A stretch of 64,000 nt of DNA from Chrysomallon squamiferum (Eukaryota > Animalia > Mollusca): positions 3,100,001-3,164,000 of the forward strand of contig CM022666.1 of assembly GCA_012295275.1 (NCBI GenBank), read 5' to 3'. A program made the translations under genes and the position numbers. This document shows positions 27,583 to 43,372 of the stretch, piece after piece (within the stretch, counting starts at the first letter, position 1; each line of letters opens with the position of its first letter). The notes beneath the pieces are model-generated. The model did not search any database. It worked only from the letters and a program-made list of their open reading frames with translations, and was not told the origin of the DNA.

Positions 27583-29122
27583 TTCCCCTCATTCTGTGTT
27601 TTTCTTCTCTCTATCATTTTCTCTCTCCTAACGCTTCTCTTTCATAACGCTTAGCTCCGTCTTCCTACAAGGTAAATATAATAAAAAAAAGAAATTTTTA
27701 TTTTTATCACCGACATGGAAAATATTCCAAGATTTCTGTCTCAACGATTATTTCGTTTACGTTTATGAATTATTCACGGCGCCGATTTCGTATTAAATCC
27801 ACATCATCATCATCATCATCATCATCATTATGATTATTATATTTTTATGTCGATAATTTATCTTCTTCGTGTGAAAGCTGTATGTTTCTGTTCATCTCTA
27901 CCAGATCAGAGTTTTTTTTGTTTGTTTCTTAATTTCGGGGATACGGAAATTAATATCTGAGTTACTGTGTTCCTACAGACAGACAGACAGACAGTCGAAG
28001 TGTTGTTTTATTAGAGTCACCCAGTAAACAGACGCAATAAAACACACGAGAAATATTCGTAATAAATAAAATAGAAATCTTTTTTTTTTAGTTCAATTAC
28101 AAGAAACTAGAAATTCATTTCTGTAATAAAGAATCAAATGTACACACACACCAATATACACACATTGCATACACACAGACACATATACACATTACATACA
28201 CACAGACACATATACACATTACATACACACAGACACATACACATATGCATACACACATACATTTACATACACATGTACATACATACATGTACAGTTTTAA
28301 TAAATGATAAATAATAAAAGAATGAACGAATGAAGGATTTAATAAATAAACAAAGAAACCAACTCGACAAATTAATAAAATATAGAACTGAAAGAAATTA
28401 AAAAAAAAAAATAATAATTTATTTTCAAAGATTTAAATTATTTTATTTTTTAGATTTTAGAATTAATAAAAAAAAAAAAAAATAAAATAAAACAATAAAA
28501 AAAATAATAATAAAAAAAAAATAAAAGCAATGAAAAAACCTCAACAAAAATAATAATAATAATTAAAAAAAAAATGAAAAAAAAAAAATAATAATAATAA
28601 TAATAAAAAAAATCAAATAAAAAAAAAAAAAAAAAAAAAAAAAATAAATGTCCTCTAATACATATCGACTATCTGTAAATCTATATTCATATGTCACAAG
28701 TCTCACGCATTTAAAAAAAAAAAAAAAAATAAAAAAAAATAAAATCATTTCACGAGCGCATGTTTGTCAAAGCTGTGGGAAATTACTCCTTCCATATTTA
28801 GTCCCCCCAAAAAAAAATCCACCGATTTTTAATAGAAGTTTTGAGTGAAAATATTTTCATCGCGGCGACCGAGATCGATTCTGTTTTGAAATAACCATTG
28901 ATCGTTTGGAAAATATGTTCCGTTTCTCCATTAGTGCGTAAATGTGGCGTCCTCAGAATGCTTTATCTTTACGTTGTGTTGGATTCAAATTTGGTGAATG
29001 GGCAAAACTAAATCTATTGTGTAATTCGAAGAGAAATAATGATTAAAAAAAAAAAAAAAAAGTAGTCGTGCAGTCTTGTTCTTAATATTCTGCGCCTGTC
29101 GTTTCTTTAACTTCTTTTTCCG

Positions 29123-29159
<37 letters not shown>

Positions 29160-29267
29160 GGGTGTCTGTTTTGTTCTGTTATGTCGTCTGTTGTAAAGAT
29201 GTGTGTAATTGTTTTGTGTGGGAATGTATCGTGATTTTTAGTCTTTTCTATCTATCGTTATTTCTGT

Positions 29268-29378
<111 letters not shown>

Positions 29379-29717
29379 TTTACTCATAATATCATTATAT
29401 AAGATCCAGAATATACACACACATACGCACACAAACACATATACATATACATATATATATACACATACATACATTCAAATATATATATAATCTTTTTGTC
29501 TCTCGAATAGCGATTTTACGAGTAAATAAATTACACTAAGACACAAAAGATTTCGAAAAAAAAAAAAATGTTTCATGATTGCAGCTCATTAACTCAAATT
29601 ACGTTGAAGCAAAAGAAATCTCTGTCTTTCTCTTTTACCGATCCAAAAAGGTAGAAAGACATTACGACAGATTTTAAAACGAACAGGGCATTCATTATAC
29701 AAACACACACACACGTA

Positions 29718-29796
<79 letters not shown>

Positions 29797-31524
29797 TTTC
29801 CATGCATTAAGTTCATTAACTATAAATTATATACAGACAGTTACCTCAGAAGATCAAAACAGATTTTCATCGATTTTTTCCCACTTCAGTGATTTGGTTT
29901 AATCTGAAAAACCTTTGCCTAAGAGAAAAACTGATACAGAAAAACCAATCAATTTTCTATTCAGTTTGCTCTGGACTTGTGTTAAATTATGCATGATTCA
30001 GTCCGATGTTTTATAATTTATTGCTCTTTAGAAACAACGAGTTTTCTTGATTTTTTTTTTTTTTTTTTTTTAAGTTAGTATACGCATATCTGCGTTTATT
30101 TGTTACATACCTACACACGTACGTACATATGTAAATATACATAAGTAATATACGTACAAATACGTTTTCGTAGGACATAGACGTATAAGTAAAAATGTGT
30201 CCATAAGCAGACACATATGCAAAACATAACACATTGCTTATGCCTCGCTAAAAAAAAGAAAAAAAAAAAAAAAAAAATTATAATAATAATAAAAAATAAA
30301 AAATAATACAAATAATAATAAATTAATAATAATAAAATAAATAAATAATTTTGTTTTTTTAAATTTACAAATTCATTATAAGCTGAACACAGAATAATAA
30401 AAATGATTATGTAAAAATTTAATCTGTTACTTTAAAAAAATAAAATATATATAATTATAATAAAAAAAAAAAAAAATTTACTAAATGATTTACAGTATAA
30501 AATATCATTATATAATTATACTGTAGGAATTTAGATTTAATAAAAAAAAGAACTATTAACTATAATTTAATTTCAGACTTTACAAAACTTAGGATCAGGA
30601 ACACTAAATCAGAATCAAAAACCGAGTCAAAATCATAAATTTCTCAAACACGGTTAAAAAACACACAAAAAAACAAGCTCTACTCAAACAGTAATAATAA
30701 GACCATAAGCCTGAGTTATTCCTAGATCTGTTCGGTTTATTCCGTTAATCTGATCAAATCTGTCGCTTATTTTCTTCGTAAACGGATTTCCTTGTTTTCT
30801 TTACGCAATATGGTCATCTATTCCGATGGGAAATCACAAAATGGCGTCGAAATATCGGTCTCACACCAGACTTCTGTTGGGGATTTTTTTTCTTTTTTTT
30901 TTTTTTTTTTTTTTTTAAATAGTTTTTGTTATCCATTTATTATTATTATTTATTTATTTATTTATTCATTCATTTATTATTAATATTTATTTATTTATTT
31001 ATTTATTCATTTATTATTAATATTTATTTATTTATTTATTATTAATATTTATTTATTTATTTATTTATTTATTATTATTATTACTTTTTCTTCCCCACAC
31101 CTGGTTATAAATGTGTTTGATAATTTAAGAAACGGGGAAAAAAAAAATTTCTATATATATATTTTTTTTTTATTTTTTTTAAATTATCACATTGGGTTAC
31201 AAAAAAAAAAAAAAAAAAAAAAATAATATAAATATATATGTATACTTATAAAGACGTAGATTTATTAATGTGATATACGGTTACGAAAGTCTGACAAAAT
31301 TGAGACGTCTGTTTCTTACAAATGGAAATAAGTAGAAACATGCCAATCATTATGTTGACATTTGAGGTTATTAAATTTTTTAACGTCACCAGAAACACAT
31401 ATTTCTTCAAACACTGGCTTACTGCTGGAACATTCGTTGAAGAATTATATGGGTTGCAAAATCAATTCTTGTTACATATCCTTATTTATTATATATCTCT
31501 TCATCTCTGTCTGTCTGTATGTCG

Positions 31525-31665
<141 letters not shown>

Positions 31666-31837
31666 CGCTCACTCTCTCTCTTTCTCTCTCTCTCACTCTC
31701 TCTCTCTCTCAATCTCACTCTCTCTCACTTACACTTATTGGAATTCCTGACTGCATTAAAGTTTCATAATCAAAGAACGATATCTCTTGCGAAATGGGGA
31801 GAAGTGGGGTCCAGAAATCAATCTCACGCCACACTTT

Positions 31838-31881
<44 letters not shown>

Positions 31882-32786
31882 CTTTCTTTCTTCAACTAGC
31901 CTCGGGTTTTTGGAAAATCTAAAAACAATCAGGAAGCCGTATTCCTCCGAGATCTCTCTCTGCGTCTGTTCGCTCTATCGCGCTTGTTCTGGGCAAGAAT
32001 TTACTTCAGTTGACAAATAGATTTGTCTTGTACTCTGTTCTACGTGGAAATGGCCTTTCGAGAATTCTCAGCTAGATTGTGGTGTTGGATTTTACACGAG
32101 TTCGACAGAAAACAAGTTTTACGAGTGTTTCTAGATTGTCTGGGTGCTGGAGAGCTGAGGGAGGGAGGGATGGGGGGGTTTTAGATATATAAACTGGTGG
32201 TTCAGTGGGGAGAGTGAGAGATAGCAAGAGACGGAGAGAAAGAGAAAAATAGGAGATGGAAAGAGAGAAGTAGAAATAGGAGAGAGTCGTGGAAATAAGA
32301 GAGAGAGAAAGAAAGAAAAAAAGAGATATAGGTAATGCGGCAGAACAAATAAAATGGAGAAGAGGGATAGAGAGAAAATAAAAGGGAAGCTACAGAGGTA
32401 AAAAGCGGGTGGAAAAGCGGGTGTATGAGGCAGAAAGTATTAGTTAAATAATGAAATAAAAACAGTACAGCTTAAGAAAAAAATTGAAGAAGAAAAAATA
32501 AATAAAAAGGTACTGCACATTAATAAACAGTGGGTAAACAATAACAATAAAAAAAATTAGAGATATAAAGAAAGTAAAAACGATAAAAAAAAACGAGAGA
32601 AAGAAAAAGAGAGAAAGAGAGAAAGAGAAAGAGAGAAAGAAAAAAGAGAAAAAGAAAATAAGAATATGAGTGAACGAGTGAGTGAATGAGAGAGAAACAG
32701 ACAGAAATAGGGAGCCAGACATACATACAAACAAACAGACAGACAGTATAAATGAACAGAGATTAAGCGAAAAGAAAAAGCAAACA

Positions 32787-32948
32787 AGACACACACACAC
32801 ACAGACATTCCTCACAAATTAACAGACGGACACACAAAAGTGCTCTGCATTTCCACAGCAATCAGACACACACACACACACACACAGACACTCCTCGCAA
32901 ATTAACAGACAGAAACACAAAAGTCCTCTGCATTTCCACGGCGCATTC
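32787..32948. repeat. ~80 bp tandem duplication containing (CA)n
   Basis: Two copies of (CA)n-GACA[T/C]TCCTC[A/G]CAAATTAACAGAC...ACACAAAAGT[G/C]CTCTGCATTTCCAC. Confidence 0.85.
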
Positions 32949-32949
32949 A

Positions 32950-33238
32950 GTGATTTCCACGGCAAACACGGACAAACCATCGACTGTCTGCTTGCAGTGA
33001 AATTAAGACTCGGTAAATTTATAAGACGGTGGTTCTGTGTGTGTGTGTGTGTGTGTGTGGATTAAGCCCTGTGTTGTTTTGCTTGTTTTGAGGGTTAATT
33101 TCGTGGAGTGCAATCTCGAGATCATTTCTGTTAAGGGGCCCCATTCTGACGAATTTCGTGATATGAAGATAGATGTGAAAAGGTCGATAGCGCACGACAG
33201 CGTAAAACTATTTTTACTACGAAACAGAAAACGCTGCA
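32950..33238 (+). other. Possible non-coding exon (5' boundary approximate)
   Basis: Donor GCA|GTGAGT at 33238/33239 at the end of a CpG-containing island; no coding support. Confidence 0.25.
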
Positions 33239-33889
33239 GTGAGTAATTTCTTTCATGTTTACAGCTTATCTATGCTCCGATAGTGATTATACCAGTACTG
33301 AAAAAAAACACACAGAGTTTTGCCTACGGAGGTAGATACAGAAGGTAGGCTTTATTAATACATTTTTTAAATTCTATCAGTGGTTGCAAGTAAAGGCATG
33401 AATGTACATAGTGTCGCTTACGGACAAGACAAGACAAAACAGTAAGTTATTCGTTTATCGTTCGTGGTTTTAGTTAATAGTACAAAGCTTCTTCTAATGC
33501 GGAGAGAAAATTTAGAAGGTGAATTATGTTGTTTTTTTAGTTTTAATTCTCCATTTTAGTCAGTAATACTGGATAACGTCAAGGTTTTAGATACAGAAAC
33601 ATGTTTTACAAGTAAGTTTTGAATGTTTTTATTTTTTTGTTTATTTATAATGCGACTGTTTCGTCTACGGCCGTAGATTTGTAAGGTGTGTTACTTGTAA
33701 GGTTACTACTGTTGTTCGTTCTTTAGTTTGTATAGTTTAAGTTATTGTTTTTGTTTTTGATAAATTTTGTATACTTCCAAATGACTGTTTTGTTTGTTTC
33801 TTATGAAATGTTTCTCTGATGTTTTGAACACATAGTGTATGTTAAAGGATAACCCTGGTAGTTGAAATAGAGGTAAAATATAGGTAAAA

Positions 33890-33997
<108 letters not shown>

Positions 33998-34036
33998 CTA
34001 CCTCTCTCTCTCTCTCTCTCTACCTCTCTCTCTCTC

Positions 34037-34125
<89 letters not shown>

Positions 34126-34355
34126 CTCTGTCTCTCTCTCTCCTCGATTATTTAGCTGTATTTCATTCTGTTCTCGTTCTACTGGTCTTCCGCTTTATCC
34201 GTTTATCTTTGACTCTGTCTAGTCCATTTTCCATTTCTCCTTATCTGTTATCTAGTCATCTGTCTAAATAATTTTCTGTTATTGTCTCTTGAGTCTCTTC
34301 GTTTGTCTCTTTGTCAGACTGTATAAACAGTAGGATATTTTTTTAATGTTTATAT

Positions 34356-34413
<58 letters not shown>

Positions 34414-35671
34414 TTTTGATATCTCTGGCTCTCTCAGAATCTCTTTCTCTCTCTCTCTCTCTTTCTTTCTTGTTGTGTTGGTTGATTCTTAACATATATT
34501 ATATTATGGTTAAAGCATTGTGAACGTAAAAATAGCCTTTGTTTACTATTTGTATTTTACTTTTAATGTCTAACTTTGATACAGTAAATAAACAGGCAGG
34601 ATATGCTTTGTATATTTAGAAGTGACTGTTTTATTTAAAATATAAATGTGGTCATACATTCAAGTATAATTATTACTACTATTATTACGTCTTCGGCTAC
34701 ATCGTCTTCATCATCAGCAATAATACAAAATTACAGTAACACTATAAAAAACCCCTTAAACACCAACATCATCGACGACAAATTGAACAACATATTTATT
34801 ATCTATTGACAACAACAACAACTGCATCGCTAGAACAGCAACGAGAACACGCTTTACTGTTCAAACACCGTCAGCGACAACAACTCTAACAGAAGCAATA
34901 GCATTTTACCCACTAACTTCAACTGCCACGACAACGACAACAATTCTAACAAAAACCACCAGCATTTTTATCCCATTAACTTCAACAGCTACAAGAAAAC
35001 ACGTCGATTCGAACAACCCTGTCAACGACATCATTTTTTTTTTTTTTACAACAAAAGCATTATCCACGTTTACGACGGCAACGACAAAGCCGCAACAGCC
35101 GCGACTACTACTACAACAACGCTTTCTAAAGGCAACGGTAACGATTTGTAACACGTTACATCGTCAACGCAAAAACCTTTTCCCTTTGGTAATATAAACT
35201 GTAATTTGACCTCCCGCCGTGGTGAAATCGATGAACAGTTATGATATAAAACGGATCCTGACGGTTTTATACACACACACACACTAAGTGTATTATTCGG
35301 AGTTACATACGTTTTATGTGCGTAGCAGATGTGATATAAGCGAAACAGAATCAATGTGACGAAGAATTGTTGTTTTTCATTCACAAATCTGTTGCGAACT
35401 AGGATAGGCTGAATATATATATATATATATGGGTTGCACTGACGTACAAATGCATTAAAATGAGCTTACTGTGTGCGCGTGTGTGTATGTATGCATACCT
35501 ATACGTGTGTGTTTATGTATGTATGTATGTATGTATGTATGTATACTTACACGCGTGCATGCATGTGTGTATGCATTTATGTGGATATATGTGTGTGCGT
35601 GTGTTTTATATGTGTATGTGTTTGTTTATTTATTTATCTGGGGTTATCGATACCAGAAATGGCAGTAATTT

Positions 35672-35685
35672 GTTTCCATGGTAAC
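35672..35685. promoter_or_regulatory. RFX X-box GTTTCCATGGTAAC
   Basis: Exact fit to the palindromic GTTNCCATGGNAAC. Confidence 0.5.
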
Positions 35686-36199
35686 CGACGTATCGAGTTT
35701 TCTGTCTCTGTTTTGTCGTGTGTATGTTTTATAAAACCACAGCTCAGCTCGCTCGACAATTCCAGTCTTTTCATTTCCAATATCTAAAGAAATCGGTTGG
35801 ATATAAATATTATAAGAAAAAAAAAAAAAAAAAAAAAAACATCCTAAGGCTTTTTTTTTAATCTTTTTTTTTAATGTTTAATGAAAATGTCTTTTCAAAA
35901 TGACAAACCTGGTCTCTGGAGATTGATGTGCAGAAGACAAAACAGCAAAAAAGAAATGTTGAGTAGGACGTCCATATTGGAAACGAAAAGAGCATTCGAG
36001 TTGTTCGGAGTTAACGGGTTTTCTCGTAATTTTCGAGACATTTTGTTATTACGAGTTCGGCTGTTTAAGATATTAAACTTAAGATCCAAAATGGCCATTT
36101 CGTCTGGAGAAATTTCAGCTGTCAAAAAAAACCGGAACGAAATGTGTCTGAAATTGTTAAACATAAAAATAGGGAGTTAGTACAGATTATGTTAGCTAG

Positions 36200-36230
<31 letters not shown>

Positions 36231-36609
36231 CGATGTCTGTATGCTGTGCTTTTATGGTGGGGTTGTGAATGAATAACTTTCGTATGGATGTGATGGTAAA
36301 TTCAAGGTCAACCGACATGGAGTAAATAAACTTAACGCTCTGATTGGTTGAAAATAAGTCAAAGTTATTATCATTGGTTGTGTTTATTGTTTTACTGATT
36401 GCTTCTGGCGTTGGTGAATGAATATCTGTGTGCATAACCTTAGCGCAATATTTAAAAAATATTTTCTATTAATATATCATATACACGACGCTCTCTGTCT
36501 GTCTGTCTGTCTGTCTCTCTGTCTGTCTGTCTGTCTGTCTCTCTGTCTGTCTGTCTGTCCTGGTCTCTCTATCTATCTCTGTCTCTGTCTCTGTCTGTCT
36601 GTCTGTCTC

Positions 36610-36644
<35 letters not shown>

Positions 36645-36673
36645 TTCTCTCTGTCTCTCTCTCTTTTTCTCCG

Positions 36674-36769
<96 letters not shown>

Positions 36770-37898
36770 ATATCTCGTAATCTCTCCAGTATTACCCTCT
36801 CCCCCCTCCCCTCTCATCCTTCCGCTCTTTCTCTTTCTCCCTCTTTTTATGTTGTTTGAGGAAGTTTCTTGTTACTGTGTATCTTTCGTCTCTCTCTGAG
36901 TGTGTACGTCTGTCTGTGTTTGTGTGAGTGCGCCTGTCTCCAAAATTAATTTTTCTCGAAGTAACTGACGGGTGATTGTTCTTCAACGCTTATAAACTGA
37001 CGTCTGAAACCTCTTTTGTCTGACACAGACCTCTTCAAAGTTTGTTTCACATTAAGCTCTGCTCGCTTTAATTTACACTCGTATACCGACACTACTGTTT
37101 TAAAACTGACCTTTTCATTATGAACTCAACAGGTATATAAAACAAGACAAAGAAAAATTCGATATATAAAAATAACTGAAGACTTATAAAGCGCCAAAAA
37201 AAAAAAAAAAAATAGAACCCAGTAACGTAATTAAAGAGTGCAAGGGATAATTTCAAACGTCACTTAACTGTTTATGGATTGAGTAATATTAAAGACTAAA
37301 ACACGTTTGATGCAATATTTTCAGGTAATTATTTTGTGTTAAACTTTCACGTTAAAGCACGCTTGTGGTGGTACAGATACACTTAATCTATTTTAATTTT
37401 TTATATATTTTTCATTTATTATTTTATGTTATATAGAACCAATCTTTGATTATTATGTGATTATGTGTGTTTATATATATGTGTGTGCGCGCGCGCGTGT
37501 GTGTGTGTGCGTGCGTGTGTGTATAAGTCTGTCACAAAGAGACAGATCATACGGATTTAACATTTCTTTTTCTACGTCACAGATGAACGGAAAAAAGGCC
37601 TGAGAATAAATAGCTTAATAATTAATATATCTCTATGGTCTATATATCATCTGACGACTATAATACACCGGCTCAATCGAAGTCTCGACGTAACAAGGTT
37701 TGTTAGGGAACCACAAAACACACGAACACACACAAGTGTACTAGAACGCAAATGTTAAGTTATTTAGTTAACTCTCTCCACAGTCTCTGTCTGTATTACG
37801 TTCGCTGTCACTGAATTATTTTATTTGTATCATGCTCTTGTTAAGAAACGTAACAACTTTCTTTTTGCTTTCGCTGGAGACATGATATTCTCGCCCGT

Positions 37899-37912
37899 GT
37901 TGCCATAGATAC
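37899..37912. promoter_or_regulatory. RFX X-box GTTGCCATAGATAC
   Basis: Reverse complement GTATCTATGGCAAC fits the X-box consensus. Confidence 0.45.
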
Positions 37913-38029
37913 ACAAAGATCTTATTACTGGGGAATTTAACTGAATTAAGTTTTGAGAGAAATAGGCTTTGATATAGTTATGCTGTGTTCTAGTTTATTA
38001 TAGGTTTTTATCTTGTTAAAAAAAAAAAA

Positions 38030-38061
<32 letters not shown>

Positions 38062-38337
38062 AGAAGTAAAAAAGTTTTCTGAAAAGGCGATTGATAGATG
38101 CCAGCGTGTTTTTTTTTTTAAATTAATATGTACGTGCAAATGTACAGGCGTAATAATACGAATATATGTATACCCAGATATACACACACACAAACAGCTA
38201 AACGCATAGTATATATATATTTTTATATATATATATATGTTTGTGAGTGAGAATGTATTCATGTGACATTATCTTATTTCCAGTTGTTCTTCCTTGTAAA
38301 ATTAAAATTAAACCATTTTCACGTTTTATCCATATTC

Positions 38338-38434
<97 letters not shown>

Positions 38435-38505
38435 CCCTCCCCTCCCCCTCCCTAATCCCCTTCCCCCTCCAAGTCTCCCTCCCTCCCTTCTTTCCTTCCT
38501 TCTTT

Positions 38506-38549
<44 letters not shown>

Positions 38550-38624
38550 TCCAATGACCTCAATACATACAGCGTACTTCCAGCGTACGTGTCAGCTCAG
38601 GAGATTTCGGGAAGGAATCGTTTT

Positions 38625-38815
<191 letters not shown>

Positions 38816-39445
38816 CGTTTTCTCGGACAATTTGTCTCGAGCGCTGCTAACCTTGCATTGTTGGAAGTCCGCTGGCTCGCTCAGACAATCTGTAATTAAA
38901 TTCCGCTCAGCAAAGGGATTCAGGTGGGGCTTTTCAACACACACAAGAAGAAGAAGTCGTGATGTATTCTTCTATTATCGAAGCTCTCGTTCGACCGCGC
39001 GTTCACAAACACTATCAGATCGAGTGTTTCGTATGTATTTCCCATCGTTCATTCTGGTAACGGACAGACAAGACAAGACAGACAGAGAGAGAGAGAGAGA
39101 CAGAGAGACAGATGGACAAAAAAGACCCATTAGGCAGTGACGGATTAGTTTCGTGAGGTCTGCCGAATGATCTCCGACTGTTAATGGTATTAATGGCGTT
39201 ATTATTGAGAAATAAATGGTCGAGATTTGTCTCGTTGGTAATGAACGAGGATTTGACTTAATGGTAACCTTTGTTGTTGTTTTTTTCTTTCTCGAGGACG
39301 CGAGGATCTTGGGATCGATTCGCCCCGGGGATAATTTTATTTTTATTTATTATCATTATTTTTTAAATTAATAAATAAAATATATAAAGATGTATTAATT
39401 TCATGTGTGTGGTGTCTGTCGATTATATTTATGTTTGTATGCACG

Positions 39446-39544
<99 letters not shown>

Positions 39545-40538
39545 TTCTGATACCTTCTTTTTTACAGTATGAATATTAATTTTTGATTGGTACGAACACA
39601 ACTGATTTTGATTATTATGAACTACACAATAGTTTTTGTATGTGTGTTAATATATTTGCTTGTGTCTGTTGTGTATATTCGTATGATGTCATAAACACAT
39701 CTGTATATATATTTTTTTTTTGTAAGAGTAACCCAAACGTACTTATATTAATGTCTTAATCTTTTTATAGACTTTGAAATGTATCTGCTACAAGTTAAAT
39801 TGCTTCCTCTAATGTCGTCTTGTCTTCCAATTCCTTTTTACCTGTCAGCTTTTTAACATGTTCGTGTTAAAGCCAATCCGGGACTACAGCAAGCATGCAT
39901 GAACCACCGCCATGTATTAAACACAAACCACAATCCCTTAACAGAATCAATTAAACCCGAGACACAATACATTTCTCTCTCCGTCTCCTAATTTGTCTCC
40001 TAATTTGATTTACGTAAGCACTAAGACATCTGAGGTTTTTTTTGGTTCTTTCTCCATCACGTGACTCTTAGTTTTAAACCAATGGACGAGCGGAGCAAGA
40101 ATAAAAACCGGATGCGACGCGAAGTGCCCGGAAATGGATAAATGGGGACATGATTTTCATTCCCCGGCAACGGTGTTTCCAAAGATGTGTTCGTGAAAGC
40201 TGTTCACTGCAACAGAGGCACTCTTGGCTTAACGCCGAATCCGGTCTCTGACACAAAGTATTATTTGTGCTCGACGAACGACGACGAAAAATGTCTTTTT
40301 CCATTTCAGCCTCGCGCGCGCGCGCGCGCACAGTCTAGCTCGCCAGCGACCTCCTCGGCTGATAAAGACAGGTTCGATTACTCTGTGTCTCGTTAACGAC
40401 CTTGTTTTGTACATGCCGCCCTCGGTCAAAAAGGGGTTTTTTGTATCCTCTTCTTTTTCCTTAATGTAATTTGCTCGAAGCTTGGATTCTTCCTTTGGGA
40501 GATGTTTAATGACGTTATGCGCTAATCCGAATTCAGAT

Positions 40539-40573
<35 letters not shown>

Positions 40574-40950
40574 TGTGGGGAGGATGGCGGCTTTCTGTTT
40601 TTGTGGTTTGGTCGAGTCTTGATTGTTTTCCGGGGGTTTATGGTTTGGTCGAGCCGTGGTTATTTCTCGTCAGTGAGAGAGAGAGGTAACTAGATTGAGA
40701 ATGTTTGATAAGGCCTGAGGGTTCGTTCATAGATAAGAAGAAAAAGGAGTAGCTGATATTTCTCTGTCTTCTTTTTTTTTTTTTTTTTTATTTGCATCTG
40801 CGTTTTTTGTCTGTTTCTTCGTATGTATATTGTTGTTGTCTGATTCTCTGTCGTTCTCACTTTTATCTCTGACACTCTCTTTGTTATTTTCTCTCTAACT
40901 TTGTTAGTCAGTTTGTGGAGTCTAAATCTTATCTTTTCCCGCTATTTCTG

Positions 40951-40996
<46 letters not shown>

Positions 40997-42792
40997 CCTC
41001 CCTCTCTCTCTCTCTCCCTCTCCAAATTTCTCTCATTTTCCTTCTTGTTCAGTATGAATATTAATTTTAATTCTTACGAACACAAAAAAAAATAAAAAAA
41101 ATAGTTAACTATACAGAAAAATAAAATAATAAAAATAAAAAATAAATAAAACAAAAAAAAATAATAAAATAAAATAATAATAATAATAATAATAATAAAT
41201 AATAATTAATATAAAAAATTTAAAATAAATAAAAATAAAATGAACAACCACACAATTCATAAAATTCCATTCGATTCTTTATCAATGGCCCCCTCTTCAT
41301 AACCCAACTCCCCTCCCCGTCCCCCTCTGTCCCCCACCGTCCCACCCGCGAACAAACAGACCGAAAATCTCTGTCTCACTTATTGCATTAGAGCAATATT
41401 TATTGAGTTAAACACGCTAAATTATTACGTTAACCGCTGGTAATAGAGCGACCATTATCAACTTAACTCAGCGGATTAGAGCCGGGTTATCAAATTAACA
41501 CCAGTTATCCCATCAAAGAGCGATCGCAGGCGAGAACGAGAGACTTTTAGCACCAGCACCAGAAAGATTTTTCACTCCGGCAAATAGATTTTAACGCTTT
41601 TGTACACACAAGAATCGAGGCACCCGCGCTGAATGTCTGTACATTTCTCGCAGTTACGTCGTCTGCTCTTAAATCACGTGACGGGCGTCGCGGGACATTT
41701 CGCGGATTTTTTTTTTTTTTTTTTTTTCTGACAAGGTCGATAATCACGTTGAACAACACTCGAGACTAAAAGATATCCCACTTTTCCGGAGACAATTATG
41801 TGTCATTTGGTGGCTGTGTGGTTTTTTTTCTTCGAGTGAAAAGCTTTCTTTTCAGTTGTTTTTGATGGTCTTTGAAGCCTTTTGAAGTGTTCAGTCGTTC
41901 AGTGTTCAGACATTGTGATTTTTCTTTTTCAGGTTTCGTTTTGTCGTTGGACTGGTGGCAGAATGGCGTTTTGGCATTTTTGGGGGAGTCTTAAAGGCTT
42001 CTGCTGTTTCAGTGATATCTCATTTCTGGTGTAGTGGGTTTAATGAACACTGGATGCACTTCCTATAAGTGTCAGCTTTCATTATATCACTGGCTTATTG
42101 AGCGGCTTTTGACGTTTGGCAGGATCATTCAGTTTTGACCGTTTTTTTTGTTTGTTTTTTTATAAAAAAAGGCTTTGGTATTCAGTGGGTGTATTTCTTT
42201 GTGCTGTTTAAGAATCCTGTTTGCAATGGTAGCATGGGTTATATCATTGGCTGAATTTTTATGTGTAGTGGGAGGTTTTATTTATTTTTTACTTTTTTTT
42301 TAACAGTTGTGATATGGTTAATGGTCGTAAAAAAAAAAAAAAATGTTGTGATTACGTAATGATTGTATGGAGGAGTGATGATGATGATAATGTTAGTTGT
42401 CTTTCAGTAATTTGGGAAACAAGATTTCCTGTGTTGTGCAAATTTAGGAAAGATTCTTTACGTCCATTTCAATTACAGACGCCTTTTTTTCGATCATGGT
42501 CGATGTAAGCTTAAATGTCCAGTCTACTTAATGTCAGATCCAAGATTAGCACGTGAATCATGATGACTGACAGCTACCATCAATACAATTACGACTACTG
42601 CAACTACTACCACTACTATCACGACAACTATTATTACTGCTACAGCGAACCATTACAACGACAACGACTATTGCATCTGCTTCTATAATGCCAACCACTG
42701 CTATTGCTACTATTATTACAACAACAAATACTCCTACTACTGCTACTACTACGACAACAAATACTCCTACTACTGCTACTACTACGACAATT

Positions 42793-43116
42793 ACTGCCGC
42801 AGCTGCTTTGACTATTACTACTACTACTACTACGACAAATACTGCTGCAGCTGCTTTGACTATTACTACTACTACTACGACAAATACTGCTGCGTCTGAT
42901 TTGACTATTACTACTACTTCTACTACGACAAATACTGCTGCAGCTGCTTTGACTATTACTACTACTTCTACTACGACAAATACTGCTGCAGCTGCTTTGA
43001 CTATTACTACTACTACTACGACAAATACTGCTGCAGCTGATTTGACTATTACTACTACTTCTACTACGACAAATACTGCTGCAGCTGCTTTGACTATTAC
43101 TACTACTACTACTGCT
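42793..43116. repeat. 45-48 bp minisatellite built on (ACT)n, 7 units
   Basis: Unit ACTGCTGCAGCTGCTTTGACTATT(ACT)nACGACAAAT. Confidence 0.92.
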
Positions 43117-43340
43117 ATTTGTTTTTCATTTCTTCTTATTCTTGTTCACATAATGTTTTTGGCAGTGATGATGATGGCAATATTAAAAGACGTATTAGTA
43201 GCAGTGGTTGTTGGTGGAGTAGCAGTAGTAGAAGCCACAGTTGTAGTTGTTGTCTTTTGCTCTTATACACACATACTTAAATATGTCATAAATGCGATGA
43301 AGTCTCTCAGACATAAGTATATGCATATACATATACACAC

Positions 43341-43372
<32 letters not shown>

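Noticed and set aside
35881-36180. Overlapping sense and antisense ORFs of 99 and 89 aa in unique sequence
   Set aside because: No recognisable motif or convincing splice boundaries; such lengths arise by chance.
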